Shown piece by piece: positions 1 to 13,651 of a stretch of 64,000 nucleotides of DNA (positions are counted from its first letter, which is position 1; the number at the start of each line of letters is the position of its first letter). The position numbers and the translations under genes were made by a program. Origin of the DNA: Vicugna vicugna (lineage: Eukaryota); NCBI GenBank assembly GCA_013265495.1, contig MU058065.1, forward strand, positions 3,077,003 to 3,141,002, written 5' to 3'. The notes under the pieces were generated by a model that was not told where the DNA came from, searched no databases, and worked only from the letters and a program-made list of their open reading frames with translations.

Positions 1-250
1 ACAATTACCAAAAGGGGTGGGGGGGATAAATTAGGAGTATGGAATTAACAGATACAAACTACTATACACAAAACAGATGAGCAACAAGGATCTATTGTAT
101 AGCACAGAGAACTACATTCAATATCTTATAATAACCTATAATGGAAAACAATCTGAAAATATATATAGATATATAACTGAATCACTTTGCTGTACATCTG
201 AAACTAACAATATTATAAATCAACTATGCCTCAATAAAAATATTAAATAA
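1..250 (+). mobile_element. L1 3' end (cetartiodactyl-type)
   Basis: G-rich tract, ...tgtatagcacag.gaactac/tattcaatatctt.taataacctataatgg, and an A-rich tail. The same 3'UTR recurs at about 19950-20115, 41090-41390, 48480-48800 and 60700-60960. Confidence 0.85.
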
Positions 251-1538
251 AAAATTAAACCTTTGGAAATATTTTGAAAAATTAAAAAGCAACTGAACAA
301 AGACAACTTTACATAATCCTCAGTTATCCACTGTAAATTTTAAATTTTCAGTCCTTTTATTATAATAGTTGAAATAACATAGGACCTTTGGGCATTCTCC
401 TTGAACCACAAATATAGTAACCTAACTTCCCTAACCTGATTGAGATATTTTTATTTTTAATCTACTACTTTATTCCATTTTCCTTTTCTAAATAAAATCC
501 AAGCCAGATGTTCTTTCAAAAAAAAATGCTGGATCCTACCATAAATTCCAGTATGAAACAGAGAAATTAGACAAGGGAATTTACACTTTTTTCTGCTCAA
601 CATAAAACAGGGATTTTAAATACATCCATGCACAAGAATACACACATACACACCTACACCAGTCTCAGCTCATTACTATGAGGCCTTGTTCCAAGTCACT
701 AAAGCCTAATTTGTTCACCATTGATGTTGAGGAAATCCAACTAGAATTATTTCAAGACTATATTCTACTGATGACAAGGACTCCCAAACTGATTTAGAAG
801 TACTGACAACCATTAAACCCTGAAAATTTAAATGACCTGAGCAACCCATTTCTGTCTTCTATGTAAGGTGTTTCCCTCCACCTTTTGGGAGTTAGGGGAG
901 GAGTAGGAAAGAGGTTCCCTGCTTAAAAAAAAAAAAAAAAAGATAAAAACACTCAACAAGAAGACTTCTAAAAGTCCATTTAAAAAATTCCAACATTTTC
1001 CAATTAGATCACAGAGAGTCTCCATGCTGGGGAAAAGGAACAGGTGCAAGAAAGGGGTGGGGAAAGTCTTTACTTCTTTTCATTTTGAATCATGTGAATG
1101 TATTACCTTAACAACAACAGAAATACTTTTTAACACATTAGACAATGTGGGTGGTCTGTGAGACTGCAGTGTTTGACAGACTGATCCAACAAAGAGGAGA
1201 TGGGCTCAGATTTAGGTTAAGTTTCCTGAAAAAGTAAAGGAGAATTGCTCAAACCAACACACGCTCACACTCACGCTCTCGCTCTCGCTCGCTCTCTCTC
1301 ACACACACACACACACACACATACCAGTTGTAATGCATTGGCAAAATCTGGTTTCATACAATCATCCTGACCTCTCACACCTCTGTTCACTTGGCTAAAA
1401 GAACAAGTCAAGTACCCCAGAAAAGGAAACTGCCAGATGACGATGCTTCCTTAAGCAGATAAATGTATAAAGCCTAACGTCCGCACAAAAAAGCAGGAAG
1501 TGGACTTTTACCCATTGAAATGTCCCTTCATTCTTCCT

Positions 1539-1725
1539 TAGGGTTGCCAGATCTAACAAACAAAACTACACTACCCCCAGTTAAAGCTGAATTTCAGATG
1601 AACAACAAGTAAATTTCAGCATACATATGGTCATTCAATATATGGGACATAACAGTAAAACATTATTCAATGTTTATCTGAAATTCAGCTTTACTATGTT
1701 CCCCGTATTTTATACGGCAATCCTA
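1539..1725. mobile_element. Palindromic non-autonomous hAT element (MER53-like)
   Basis: TIRs TAGGGTTGCC...GGCAATCCTA and internal inverted gctgaatttcagat/atctgaaattcagc. Confidence 0.75.
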
Positions 1726-2549
1726 CTTCCATCCCCAACTTACCACAAAGTGGGATAATTAATTAGAATGATCTGGGACTTCAGGATTTCCTGGACACAG
1801 AACTTTCAGTATTAAAACTAGGAAAGTTCCAGGCAAACCAGAACGATCTAGTCACTCTACAATTAATCATTTCAAGAAGTTAAGCAAATCAACTGTAGCC
1901 TGGGCTCCAGTTAAGTCTGATCTTTTTTTATAAAGTAACTTTTCTGTACCTTATATATCCCCATTTGCACAAAATTTCAAGTGTAGATAAGGTGAAATGC
2001 AGTAGATATAAGGGACTCTAGAAAATGTAAAGGTGTAATAAATGCTAGTTATTAGTATAGCTGGTTTGGGTACAAAGTTCTGTTTCATTGGAGTTTCAAA
2101 ACAGACAGGTTTTTGTTTTATCTCCATACTTCACATGACCTACTGAAGGTCCTATTACTTGCAACACTGGTTTGATTGCATATAAAAACTGTTCAACAGA
2201 CTTGCTCCTTTTAGAACTACAGCTGTGCTCTGGATTTGATGCTGGTCCCCTACTTACTCCCTGTGTAACATGGGGCAAGTCAACTAACCTCACCAAGCTT
2301 CAGGTTCACTATAAAACCAGGATAACAAATCCTCACAGAACAAATGCCTCCGGAAACTCCCTTAAGGAACAAACAAGTAGGTGAAAGCACTCAACATAAA
2401 TTATAAAATAACAATGTATGTTTTAGTAGTGCTTTAAATTTTGTTTATACAAAACTATGGATATCAATCAAGATAAAAGAAAGATATTGATATTACTTTT
2501 TACACCCCTCTGATTCTGAAGACACTGAAGCCAATTCAACTGTACTCTT

Positions 2550-2760
2550 ATTGAGAGCTTAGAATATAGAGCCAGACTGGGCCTGACACTTAGCTCTACT
2601 ACTTACTAAACGTCACCTTAGGTAAATTACCTTTCCAAGCCTCAGTTTCACCACCTGCAATATGTGGACAATAATATCTGTATCACATTAACAGTTAATA
2701 CATGTAGAGGATGTAACATTTGCCTTATAATAAACACTCAGATCTCAGCTGCTATTATTA
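2550..2760. mobile_element. MIR SINE
   Basis: MIR core: ...ccttaggtaaattacc...gcctcagtttcaccacctgcaa.atg. Similar MIRs at about 15020-15215, 21690-21860 and 45130-45290. Confidence 0.65.
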
Positions 2761-5184
2761 CTGATTCATGTTTAATAAAGACTTCAAAGATTAAAAGAGG
2801 CTGAAATCCATCCATCAAGTCCTTTATAAAATAACAGCAAGCGAAAAGAACAATGATGTTTAACACATCTTGTATTTGGAATTGGTACTACTCCATCTAT
2901 CCCTAGCTAGCCAGTCAGTTTTGGGAATTTCTCTCCATGAGCTTCAGCCAGATGATTGCAAATTTGTTTAAGAAAATATATACATACTAATATTTTTTCC
3001 TTATGTCTAGTACTCCATGCAAAGATTTAAACATCCTTAGACTTTATGACACAGAACTATTGAATCCCACCCTCTAGATCCCACTCAAGTCCCAAAAATA
3101 GACAATACATGTGGAATATACATGTGGAACTGAGGACCAACTCTGTTTAACCAATTCAACTTACACAGCCTCCATACCTCTAAAGATGATCCTCAACAAG
3201 CTTCCCCAACTCTCAAGGGTTTAGGTCTATCCTTAACAACCTCATGCCAGGACCCAGCAACACACAGGGGAGTACTCGGAGGTAGCTCTGCAGTCATTCA
3301 TCTACCTCACTGTCGTGCGGTCCACCGCCAACCACTTCCTACCCAGACAACCACACACATACCCACCCCAGGTTCAGGGTTCTGAAACATTCTGCCTCAA
3401 CCTCCTCATCTATGCGAAAGTTTATTCCTACTGTGCTTTCTCCTTACGTTCCCAAGCTATACACCCTCCTCTTTCTATTATTATATCCAAAAGAAATGAT
3501 AAAGAAATTCTCTGTACAGAAGTACTGCTTTTTATATTAGAATTTTGCTCAAGGTTGATTCATTGAAGGGGAATGGGGAGAATGGCATGTTCAGTCACCA
3601 TTATATTACCCAAGTGGTAGGGCAGAAAAACATTCCTTATTTATTCCAATTATCTCATACAAAAAGTAAATGAGAGCCAACTACATAAACATTTCAGGAA
3701 ATATGAACTATTAAATTGTATAATGACATCAGCCTGTCTAGTTGGTACCTGAGGGTCTTTATAATTCCAATTCAATCCAGCTAAGTAATATATTTAGTAT
3801 TACATAAACTATACCTAAGAGAGTCAAGAGATGACCTAATTTTTAAGTGAAGGTTGATTTAGCTGGATTAAAAATTTCACCTTTGAATTTACCTATTTCC
3901 TTCCCTAGGATAAAATTAAAAATAAAATTAAAGAAAATTCCAAGGCCAGAGGCTAAATGTAAGTTTTAAATATATGAAACATGTCAGCAAAAGTAAATGT
4001 GCTTATAATGAGCAAAATAGGAACGTGTGATTAAAGAAAGCTCTTCTGGCAAGTTTAGCCTTTGAGAATGTAAAGAGACTCAGGTGTCTACGATTTCAAG
4101 ACAGTTTAATCTGAGATAATTTTAAGATGCTTATTCTTTTTATGAGTAAAAGCTACAACAGCCTAGAATAACTCTGCAATACCGAAGACTAGCCAACCTA
4201 ACTCTATGTCTGTTATTTCACGTTCAAGGACTTATAAATTGTCCAGTAAGATTCCTTAGATGTTTCCTTCTCCACCATTTACCTCCTCACCCAAAGAGCC
4301 CCTCTTACCTATATTCTGGCACATCAGTTAAAAACAAACTTAAGGAAAAGCAAATGACATATATAATCAGGAAGTTATAACTACACTGTGGAACTATATA
4401 TAACTGGATGAATGACAGTATCACCACTAAATCAACTTAATTATTTGTACTATCTAAATGTTAAATAGTTAAGAAGGTTTAAATATGCAATTACTTTCTT
4501 TAGTCAATACTCAGTCTTTTTTTTACATTTTATTCATATGATCTTATTCCTTTCCTTTTTAAATTATTTACATAAAATATTTTCTTCTTTCCATTAATTC
4601 TCAACTATTTTACCTCTAATAAAGCTTTTTCTAAACAGGTTTCAAAATCAAAGCTACTAAGATAAAGAGTTGTCCTCCCTCTCCTCCCCTCCATTCTCCT
4701 GTGTGCCCAGTTTTCTGGACTCTGCAGCTTTCCCATAAATTTTCAAAAATTAGATTATGTTTTAAAAAATAGAAGGTGTAAGAAAAAAGAATCCACCTTC
4801 AATAACTATGAGAAGTATTTAGCCTGACTCTAAGAAACCTTTTCATGTTCAGCCAAGAGAGTAGCAAACCTGCTGCTGTCCCCATCTCCTTCCAAGCGTC
4901 TAACCTAGGGCACCTTCACATACGGACGAAAGTATTCTGAATACTTTGTCTCTACTGCACGACTAACACTTTCTGCTACCATCCAAATGTTTAATATTCC
5001 AATGGGCTTACATGGAGTCAGAATTAGTTTAAAAGCTATCTCCTCAAACCTTTCATAATTCTACACTCACAAAATGGAAAGAGAAAGTTTTTTCTTTGAC
5101 TGTTTACCAACACTTGGTTTTAACTTAATACACTGTATGCCTAATAAAGAGAAATTTTGTAGTTAAAAAAATTTAACATTTTAC

Positions 5185-5242
5185 CAGTTGACAATGGTAG
5201 GAGGTGCTAGTGCCTTCAAGGTATGTGCCTTTGTTTCAATAC
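5185..5242 (-). other. ACSL3: Non-coding exon 2 of ACSL3 (58 nt)
   Basis: TTTGTTTTTCAG|GTATTGAAACAAAGGCACATACCTTGAAGGCACTAGCACCTCCTACCATTGTCAACTG|GTAAAA. Canonical acceptor and donor; ACCTCCTACCATTGTCAACTG matches the recalled human ACSL3 exon 2. Intron 1 is about 17.5 kb. Confidence 0.85.
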
Positions 5243-5439
5243 CTGAAAAACAAACACATGAAGACAAGCATTACTATTCATGATCTGGTTAATCACAGCC
5301 AAATATCAACCTTTTCCTGGAGACATTTCTACCTCCAAACCTTATAGGAAATATTCTGTTGAGTTTTTCTGGAAACATCGTCTATCATACTAGCAAATGA
5401 CATTTTATCATGTAAGCTTTCAACAAAAAAGCATATATA

Positions 5440-6460
5440 CCACCACACACCTATTAGTACAGTCAAAATCCAAAATCACCAAATGCTGACAAGAATGCAG
5501 AGCAACAGGAACTCGCATTCAGCTGGTGGGAATGCAAACTGGTACAGCACTTTGGAAGACACTTTGACAGCTTCTTACAAAACTAAACACACTCTTCCCA
5601 TATGATCCAGCAATCAAGCAATCAATATCCTTGATATTCACTCAAATGAGTTGAATATTTATGTCTAGAGAGAAAAACTACATACAACTGTTCATAGCAG
5701 CTTTATCCATAACTGACAACACTTGGAAGTAACCAAGATGTCCTTCAGCAAGTGAATGTTAACTGCTACTTCTGGACAATGGAATATTACGGAGCACTAA
5801 AGAGAAAGGAGGATAGTAACCTATAATGAAAAAGAATATGAAAACAAATATATGTATGTATATGTATAACTGAACTGTTATGCTGTACACCAGAAATTGA
5901 CACACCATTGTAAATTGACTATACTTCAATTTTAAAAAAAAAAGTAAAAGAACAAAAAAGAAATGAGGAAACTCAAATGCAGACTACTAAGTGAAAGAAG
6001 TCAATCTGAAAGGTTACATACTACATGCTTCCACCTATACGACATTCTGGAAAAGGCAAAGCTATTGAGAAAGTATTGAGACTACCAAGACAGCAGAAAG
6101 TTGCCAAGGGTTAAGGAGTAAGGAGGGATGAACACGCAGAGCAGAGAGAATTTTTAGAGCAGTAGAACAACTCTGTATGATACTATAATGGTAGAATACA
6201 AATATGACATTACATATTTGTCAAAATCCATGGACTGTAAACACCAAGAATGACCTCTAATGTACACTAAGGACTCAATGATAATGATGCATCAACATGA
6301 GTTCATCAGTTGTAACAAATGTACCACTCTGGTGCGGGATGTTGATAATCGGGGAGGCTGTGCATAGGACAGGGGGTATATGAGAAATCTCTCTACCTTC
6401 TGTTTAATTTTGCTGTGAACTAGAAAACACACTTAAAAAATAAAGCTTATTTTGTTAAAA
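5440..6460 (+). mobile_element. Old L1M 3' region with a nested younger L1 3' fragment (about 5812-5950)
   Basis: L1 ORF2-end and 3'UTR motifs (ggtgggaatgcaaactggtaca, ccatatgatccagcaat, tgtaacaaatgtaccactctggtg), interrupted by a young L1 tail. Confidence 0.8.
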
Positions 6461-7573
6461 AGGTATATCCAAAACTTTTATAAAGTATATTAAGTTTTTC
6501 AATCATTATTATGATGGCTAAGAAGAATTACTAAGATTTATAAACAGTATGTCACTGTATATACAATACTTCTACTTACCGTCTCAATGCTTTTCTTAAT
6601 CACTTGCAGATAGCTTAGCCGTCATTATAGTCATTAAAGAAATATTTATTAACAACAGCCCAAATTCACAGAGCTAGTAAACAGAGCTAGTATTTAAGTA
6701 TTCTGAGTCAAAATTCAGCACACCACTGCCTCATTATTAACTTCCTCATTCTCTGCAAGGCAGCCAAATATACTCTAAAGAAGAGGCCTTAAAACCAGAT
6801 ACAGGTGGGTCCAAAATCCCTGCTCTATTTTTTAATCAGCTATGGATCTAGACGTGTTCACTCACTTATTCATTCACCTATCCATCTGTCCATTAGGTGG
6901 GTGGGGGGGGAATCTTTTCAATTTACTTATTTCTTGTGCCAGTTTCCTCATATGTAAATAAGGATAGCAACAACCTATATGAACAATTCATATCCATAGT
7001 ATTTGTAGAATTTCTATAAATAAAAGAGAACTCAATAGATAAAATGGACTATGTATATTCACAGAAAAAATCCAAATGTCTATTAACTATGGAAAAAAAT
7101 GGTCAACCTCACTAGTAATCATGGAAATGCAAATTAAAACAGTATCATTTGCCCCCATCAGATTTTTTTAATAACAACAACAAAAAAAATCACACGTATT
7201 GGCAAGGATATAGAAATAAGACAGCTTTTGACATTACTGGGGGAAGTGCAGCTTCTTTGGTATCAATCCGGCAGCTAAACCTAAAAATGTAAATCCTATG
7301 ACTTAGCAAATCCCTTCTGAGAAATTTGCGCTGGAGAGGCTTTGGTGCAGGTGCACACTTACTATACCTTCTGTTTTCCTAATTAAATAGTCTCTCATAG
7401 CAGGTCCTAGTATTTAATACTCAATAAATGTTGAAACTCCTCAACAAATATTTACTGATCCGTACATTTTTGGTCAAGTAGACAAGAAGAGAGGCAACTG
7501 CAGGCAGTTTTAGTATTTGCAAAAGAAGAGGTATTCAAGAAAAGGGCAATTTAAGAAAACTCTAAATACTTGT

Positions 7574-8055
7574 TGTAGACTGATAAACAACCTCCAAGAC
7601 ATCAGGTCTTAATCCCTGGAACCGGTAAATGTTACCTTATTTGAGACAGGGTTCTTTGCAGGTGTTATTAAGTTAAGGCTTCTGCAATGGGGAGACAGTC
7701 CTGAATTACCCAGTGGGCTCTAAATGCCATCACCAGCATCCTTGTAAAAGAGAGGCAGCACACAGTCTGACACACAGTGAAGGCAAAGTGAGGGAGAAGT
7801 AGGGAGAGAGATTTGAGGATGTTGGCCTGAAGGACTGGAGTGGTGCCACCAAATGCAGCAGTCACAGAAGCTAAAGAGGTAAGAAAAGATTCTTCTCTAG
7901 AGCCTCTGGAAGGAGCCCAGCCCTGGGAACACTTTAATTTCAGCCCAAGAATGCTGATTCAAACATCTAGCCTCTAATAACTGTAAGAGAATAAATTCCT
8001 GTTGCTTTGAGTCACCAAATCTGTGGCGTGACAGCAGCTCTGGGAAACAAATACT
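7574..8055 (+). mobile_element. MaLR solo LTR (MLT1C/D-like)
   Basis: taatccctggaacc.gtaaatgttacctta...gattcttctctagagcctctggaagga...aactgtaagagaataaatt...gcagctctgggaaacaaatac. Confidence 0.8.
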
Positions 8056-8542
8056 GCCTCACTGCCATTGCCCCACGTGCTGTGCTAAGTGATTTAGACA
8101 TTATCCAAATCTCTGATGAGCCATTTGGATTTTTATGCAGGAATATGGCATACTCAGATCTATTTCTTAATGTTAAATCTAGTGCCAATGTTGAGAATTT
8201 ATTGATGAAAAAATAAATTAGGAACAGGAAGATATAACAGAACCAAAATCCAGACAGAAGATAAAATTCTAAACCATCAGATATTTGAGTAAAAAAGTAT
8301 CACAATGAAAAACAGAGATGAAAACGAAAGAAGGGGGAGAGACGAAAGGGAACAAAATGGAAACAGACAATGCAGAAAACAGAGGAAACACTTTAAATAT
8401 GTATATGTAATTAATATTCTCAAAGGGATAAGAGAGACTATCCTGTTGATTAAACAACAGGATAGTATATAGAAGAACTAAAAATAAGGAAAAGCTTTTG
8501 GAAATTAATAACAATACCTGACATTAAAAATTCAAAAGACCT

Positions 8543-8827
8543 TCTAGCTACTGAACACCTGAAGTGTGCCTTGTCCAAACTGAGATGTGCTCTAAATGTA
8601 AAATATTCATGGGATTGCAAAGACAGTATGGGAAAAAAAATGTAAAACAACCCATTAACACTGTTTATACTGATTACATGTTGAATATACTGGATATACT
8701 GGATTAAGTAAAACATATTAAAGTTACCTGTTTCTTTTTACTTTATTTGATATGCCTACTAGAAATTTAAATTACAGACATGGTTCACATTCGTGGCTCT
8801 AACTGCGCCTCTTATGGACAGCACTGT
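8543..8827. mobile_element. hAT-Charlie MER33/MER3-like element
   Basis: gctactgaacacctgaagtgtg...actgagatgtgct...aaatttaaattaca...tggacagcactg. An oppositely oriented relative lies at about 29965-30272. Confidence 0.7.
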
Positions 8828-11800
8828 AGTCCAGCCAATGCAATGATGAGAAAAAGAAATCAGGAGTATGAATACTGGAAAAGGAGGGACAAAATAATCA
8901 CTATTTGCAGATAATTAGCTGTGTGACAAGAAAACCCAAAAGAATCATCTGAAAACCATCCAACCAGAGAGAAAATTCACTAAGACATCTGAGTATTAGA
9001 TAAATAATAAAAATCAATAGTTATCCCATATACTAGTAATAACCAGTTAGAAAATGAAAAGGAAAAACATATACATATATGTCTGTGTGTGTGTGTGTGT
9101 AAACTAAATGCAATCCCAATCAAAATTCTAATACAATTTTGTTACTTGTCAGTTTTGCATGATTATTTGATATATTAATTCTAAAGCTCATCCAGAAGAA
9201 AGCAATTTTAAGATTAGCTAATAAATTTGAGAACAAGAATACACGGTGCGTATCTGCACAGTAAATGCCAAAATTAACACTAACTATTCTTGAACAGAAT
9301 TTAAAAACCTGAAATAATCATGGGACATTTATATCTGATGAAAGTGGCATTTCAGATCAATGAGTGAAGGATAGATTATTCAATAAATTAAACAGCATCA
9401 AAGAAAAACCAGAATTGAGCCAATGGTTGGAAGATGAGGAATACATCCCTGAAGCAAACAATCAGCCTAGCAATATCTGTCTTCCACAGCTCTCATGTCA
9501 CCAAAAGGATTTGTTCCTAAGTCTTTTTTCTAATTACAAAACCATCTCCAGTGCTACGACAGCCCACACAGCCCCTACTGCCTGGCCTATGACTCTGCTG
9601 GTTCTGTCTGAACTACATTATGTCACTTCAGTCCCATCTCTACCCCAGCAGACCATGGCAAACACAGGCGACCACAAGGATCCAGCAGCCTGTGATCAGG
9701 GAGGCCTGTGACCAAAGTATGGATGCATTGGTTCAGTAATATTGTCTCTAGAACCTGGAACTGGCATTTAACTAAAAGAACTGGAGAGAATTAAAAGAAG
9801 CTAGAAGGACTGCTGAAGTAAACTTATCCTTCAAGATCCAGCTGAAGATTTTATGACTCCTTGGTCCCACAGACAAGGGCTAACTCACTCCCTCTGTGCT
9901 CCAATTCCTCCTTCCAATCCTGCCTAGCAGACATGAAGGCACTCAAACTGAGGGTCACAGGAAGCTTGAGATAGTTGGAACACAAGAAATGTAGGAGAAG
10001 TTAGAAATAAAAATGGAATATGGAAACATGCTTAAGATAGAATGAGATAGGCTTTTAAGTAGGGCACTTGACCAAATTTGTTTTTTCAGAATAATTACTT
10101 GGGTCAACATCAAAAACAAGCCAGAAAAGATTCCAGGTATATAGTTATTACAAGAGCCCAAGTGAAGGATGAAGAGGTCCAGGGTTTGGGGCAATAGATA
10201 CAGAGGCAGCAGGACCAACTGTAGAAACTTTTCTGAGGTAAAACCAATAGGATGTGGAAGATGCGAAGATTTACCTTTGAAGATTAATGTCAACATTTCT
10301 AGAATGTTGGGTGACTTGTAATAGGTACAAGGGATACAGGAGGAAAAGCAGATACACAGGAGAGTCCATGAGTATAGGGTTGGATACCAAGTTCATAGGA
10401 ATGACCAGAAAAGATATTCACAATACTGTCAGAATTACAGGGCTGGGCTCCAGAAAGAGCTGAAGATGCAGATTTTAGAGTCATCACTGACTCTATCCAT
10501 ATTAGAGGCAAAACCATGAAATCCCTCAAAAATAGTATATTCAGTTACAATATAAAAGCATTACAGACAGATGTTATAAAAACCAGCTAGAAGGGTAAAG
10601 AAACCAAGAGAAGTGTCCTAGAAGCCAAAGGCAGACATGAGAGTCAATGAAGACACTGTTAGGAATGTCAAAGGCTACAAGCGGTTATGATATTAAAGTA
10701 CAACAAGCAGTTGACCTGGCCTGAGACAATCCATCACACTTCCTTGCCTTCTTTATCACATAATTGTTAAATTATGTCTGTACATATTACTCAAGCAGCT
10801 AACTTTTCAAATGCATATCAACACTAAGTCTACTCTTTCTGAATTCCTGAGCTCCCACTAATAAGTGTACACTGGCCATTCTGATGTCAGGTTTCTAGCC
10901 TTTCAAATTTTTTTCTGGAATTATGTTCAAATCTTTCAACTCAATTTAATAAACACTTACTGAGTATCTCATGTCCATTGTTGTGCTAGGTGACAGGGAT
11001 GCAAAGATTGATTCTATCAACTATATATGGGTATCTTCTATATTTTGGGCACTGGGTGTGTATTAGTTACTAACACACAAATATCCCTGTTCTCATAGAC
11101 ACTTTCTTTCTACATTAAACAGCTACTCTCCCTTAAGGAGCCCAAAAGAAATACATTACATTTGAGACTTATCTAAAAAGAAAAGATAGCAAATACATTT
11201 ATTTCATAAAGCAATTTGAAATTAATTACAAGAAACACAAAAATGTAATTATAGTTAAACTATAGTTAACATGCCTGTCTTCTGGCACCATACAATATAA
11301 ACAAACATTAACTTAGACCTACATTCGTCAGCTCTAAGTTACCTGTGGGTAAACCATCCATGCATCAAAAGCAACTCCCTAACATCGACTCACTTTTCTG
11401 GGTTAAGTTCCATCCAATTTCTACCATACAATCTTCTAACATGTAAGATAGTGTAAGAATGTAGTTTAAGATTTTCACAAAGTAACTCAAATCATTACAC
11501 ATGCCAGTTATACTGTGTCTATCATTTTTCAAATGAACTTGCAGACATGCTCCCTAAATCTAATGCCCTTCAATTCATTTCCCAGAGCCAAATAACCCAA
11601 GCTCTTCTACCCTATCCCCAATTCAATTCATCTATAAACTGCCCCCAAACTAATAAGCTTCCAAGCATGGGCCTGGTTATCTACTACTTCACCATCCCTA
11701 AACTTTAAAGATCACAAGTCCCTTTGGTAAAAGTGCTGGCATTTCAAACACGTGTACCTTTAACACTGTACATATGGTCTACTGTTCTAGCATACTATCA

Positions 11801-13428
11801 ACATTACAAATCATGCACAAAATATGAAATTTTTAAAAATTTCTAACATTTTCCTCCAGCACCCCAGAGACAGGTTGCGTGCACACCCTGGAGCATGCTG
11901 CAAGACAAAAACCATTCTTAAAGAAACTTAAGCTTGAAGACTAAGTCATTTGCTGTGGTCACAAAACTGGAATGAGGTAGAACCAGATGTGGGAATTCAA
12001 CTAACAATGTGGTCACAAAGCACAAGCCCTCCATCACTCCTCTCTAGCACATCAATCTTGTTCCTTATACCTGGGGTCCCATGAGCTTCCTCTGACCTCA
12101 CACATCACTCCGAAGCAGCCACTACCTCTCATAACCCTCCAACCTCAAGAAACTGTTGGAGAAAACAGGTATTCTTCTTATGTCTTAGAAAGTGACACAC
12201 AAACTGAACATTCTGAGTTTCTAAGGAGAGTAGGCACTATGCAGGGAAGTCTAAACAGGCATCAGTCTAGAGGTCAGTACTACTTTCAGGGTAAATGATG
12301 AATATGAATTCTTAGACTCTAATACAGGAGCAATGTGGAAAATTACAGTACAAAAGTGACTGATGACTTAGGGAAGCATTAACTGTGAATATATAAAAAA
12401 TACTTTTTCCATGTAATATCATCCATGTGGTATAATTTCAATTAAAGTCAATTCTCTTTACATTAAAATGTCAAGTACAGTTCCAAAATTAATTCATTCT
12501 GATTTCCTATGGAACTAAAATAAACTCCTTGCTTTATTTTAAAAAGATCTCAGCTATTCCATACTTCCCCCCCGAAACAGGTGGTATCAAGTCCAGAGAT
12601 GAAGTCTGTTTCCAAAGGGAAGAGAAAAACTTCTGGTTGTTTTAGGGTTACAGAGAGAGAGGAAAAAAAAAAAAAAAAAAACAAAAAAAAAAAAAAAAAA
12701 AAAAAAAAACGCCCCAAAAAAAAAAAAAAAAGCCAACATCAAGGTCCAAAATGAGGACTGTTACAATCCTTATGAAAGTAAAATAAGTAAAAGTAAGAAA
12801 CTTCTGTGGTTGAAGTAGGAACTTTTCATAATTCTGGCCAAACTGATACTGAATGTTTTATAATCCCGAAACACTGATGCAGAAAAATGAACTGTTTTAT
12901 GCCTACAAAACCAACTTAGAACCTAACATTCAAAAGGTTAAGATCTATGCAGCAGTCAGTGTAGTTAGTATCTAATAAAACCCATGCAAATACCCCAGCC
13001 AATTGCAAATAGTAAACACATAAATAAACACACATGGGGAAAAGCACAAAGCTAACTGATAAAGTTTCAAAGAAGCCTAACAAAGAAATATGGCAGAAAT
13101 AGCACAAATCCTGAGCCAAGTAAAAGGAAGTGATGGTAAGGGAGGTAAAAGAAAAAGCACTGATGGAGAAGCAGTTCATAACAGTGCTGAGCAAGAAAGG
13201 TTTACAGACAAGAAACTGAGCTCCACAAAGCCTAAATGGTATGAACAATGCCACACTGCCAGGGACTATGTGGGCAGTGCCACATGGACAGCCAAGCAGC
13301 AGGCATAGAAACAACTCGGGCCAGACCATAAATGATCTTCCTGTAGCAACTCAGAGCCCACATGGTTCACCTGCTGGCCACTCAGTATCCCTCCCTCTTC
13401 CTACTACCTTACATTCATTCAACAATTA

Positions 13429-13651
13429 AAGTTAACTATTGCACAACTCCGGGTTTAGGGGCACCAACTCTCCACACAGTCAAAAATCCCCATATAACTT
13501 TACAGTTGGTCCTCCAAACCCAAGGTTCCACGTCCAGGGATTCAACCAACCCTGGCCTGTGCGGTGCTATAGCACATGTTGAGTGAAAAAAATCCACTTA
13601 TAAGTAAGTGGACCCACATAGTTCAAACCTATGTTGTTCAATAGTCAACTG
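13429..13651. mobile_element. Tigger1-derived MITE (TcMar)
   Basis: Degenerate TIRs (c)agttaactattgcacaac ... gttgttcaatagtcaactg. Confidence 0.75.

Noticed and set aside
12916..13429. 72-aa hydrophilic ORF (MAEIAQILSQ...) and its 137-aa antisense ORF
   Set aside because: No recognisable homology, splice context or retrocopy hallmarks; purine-rich composition explains the open frames.
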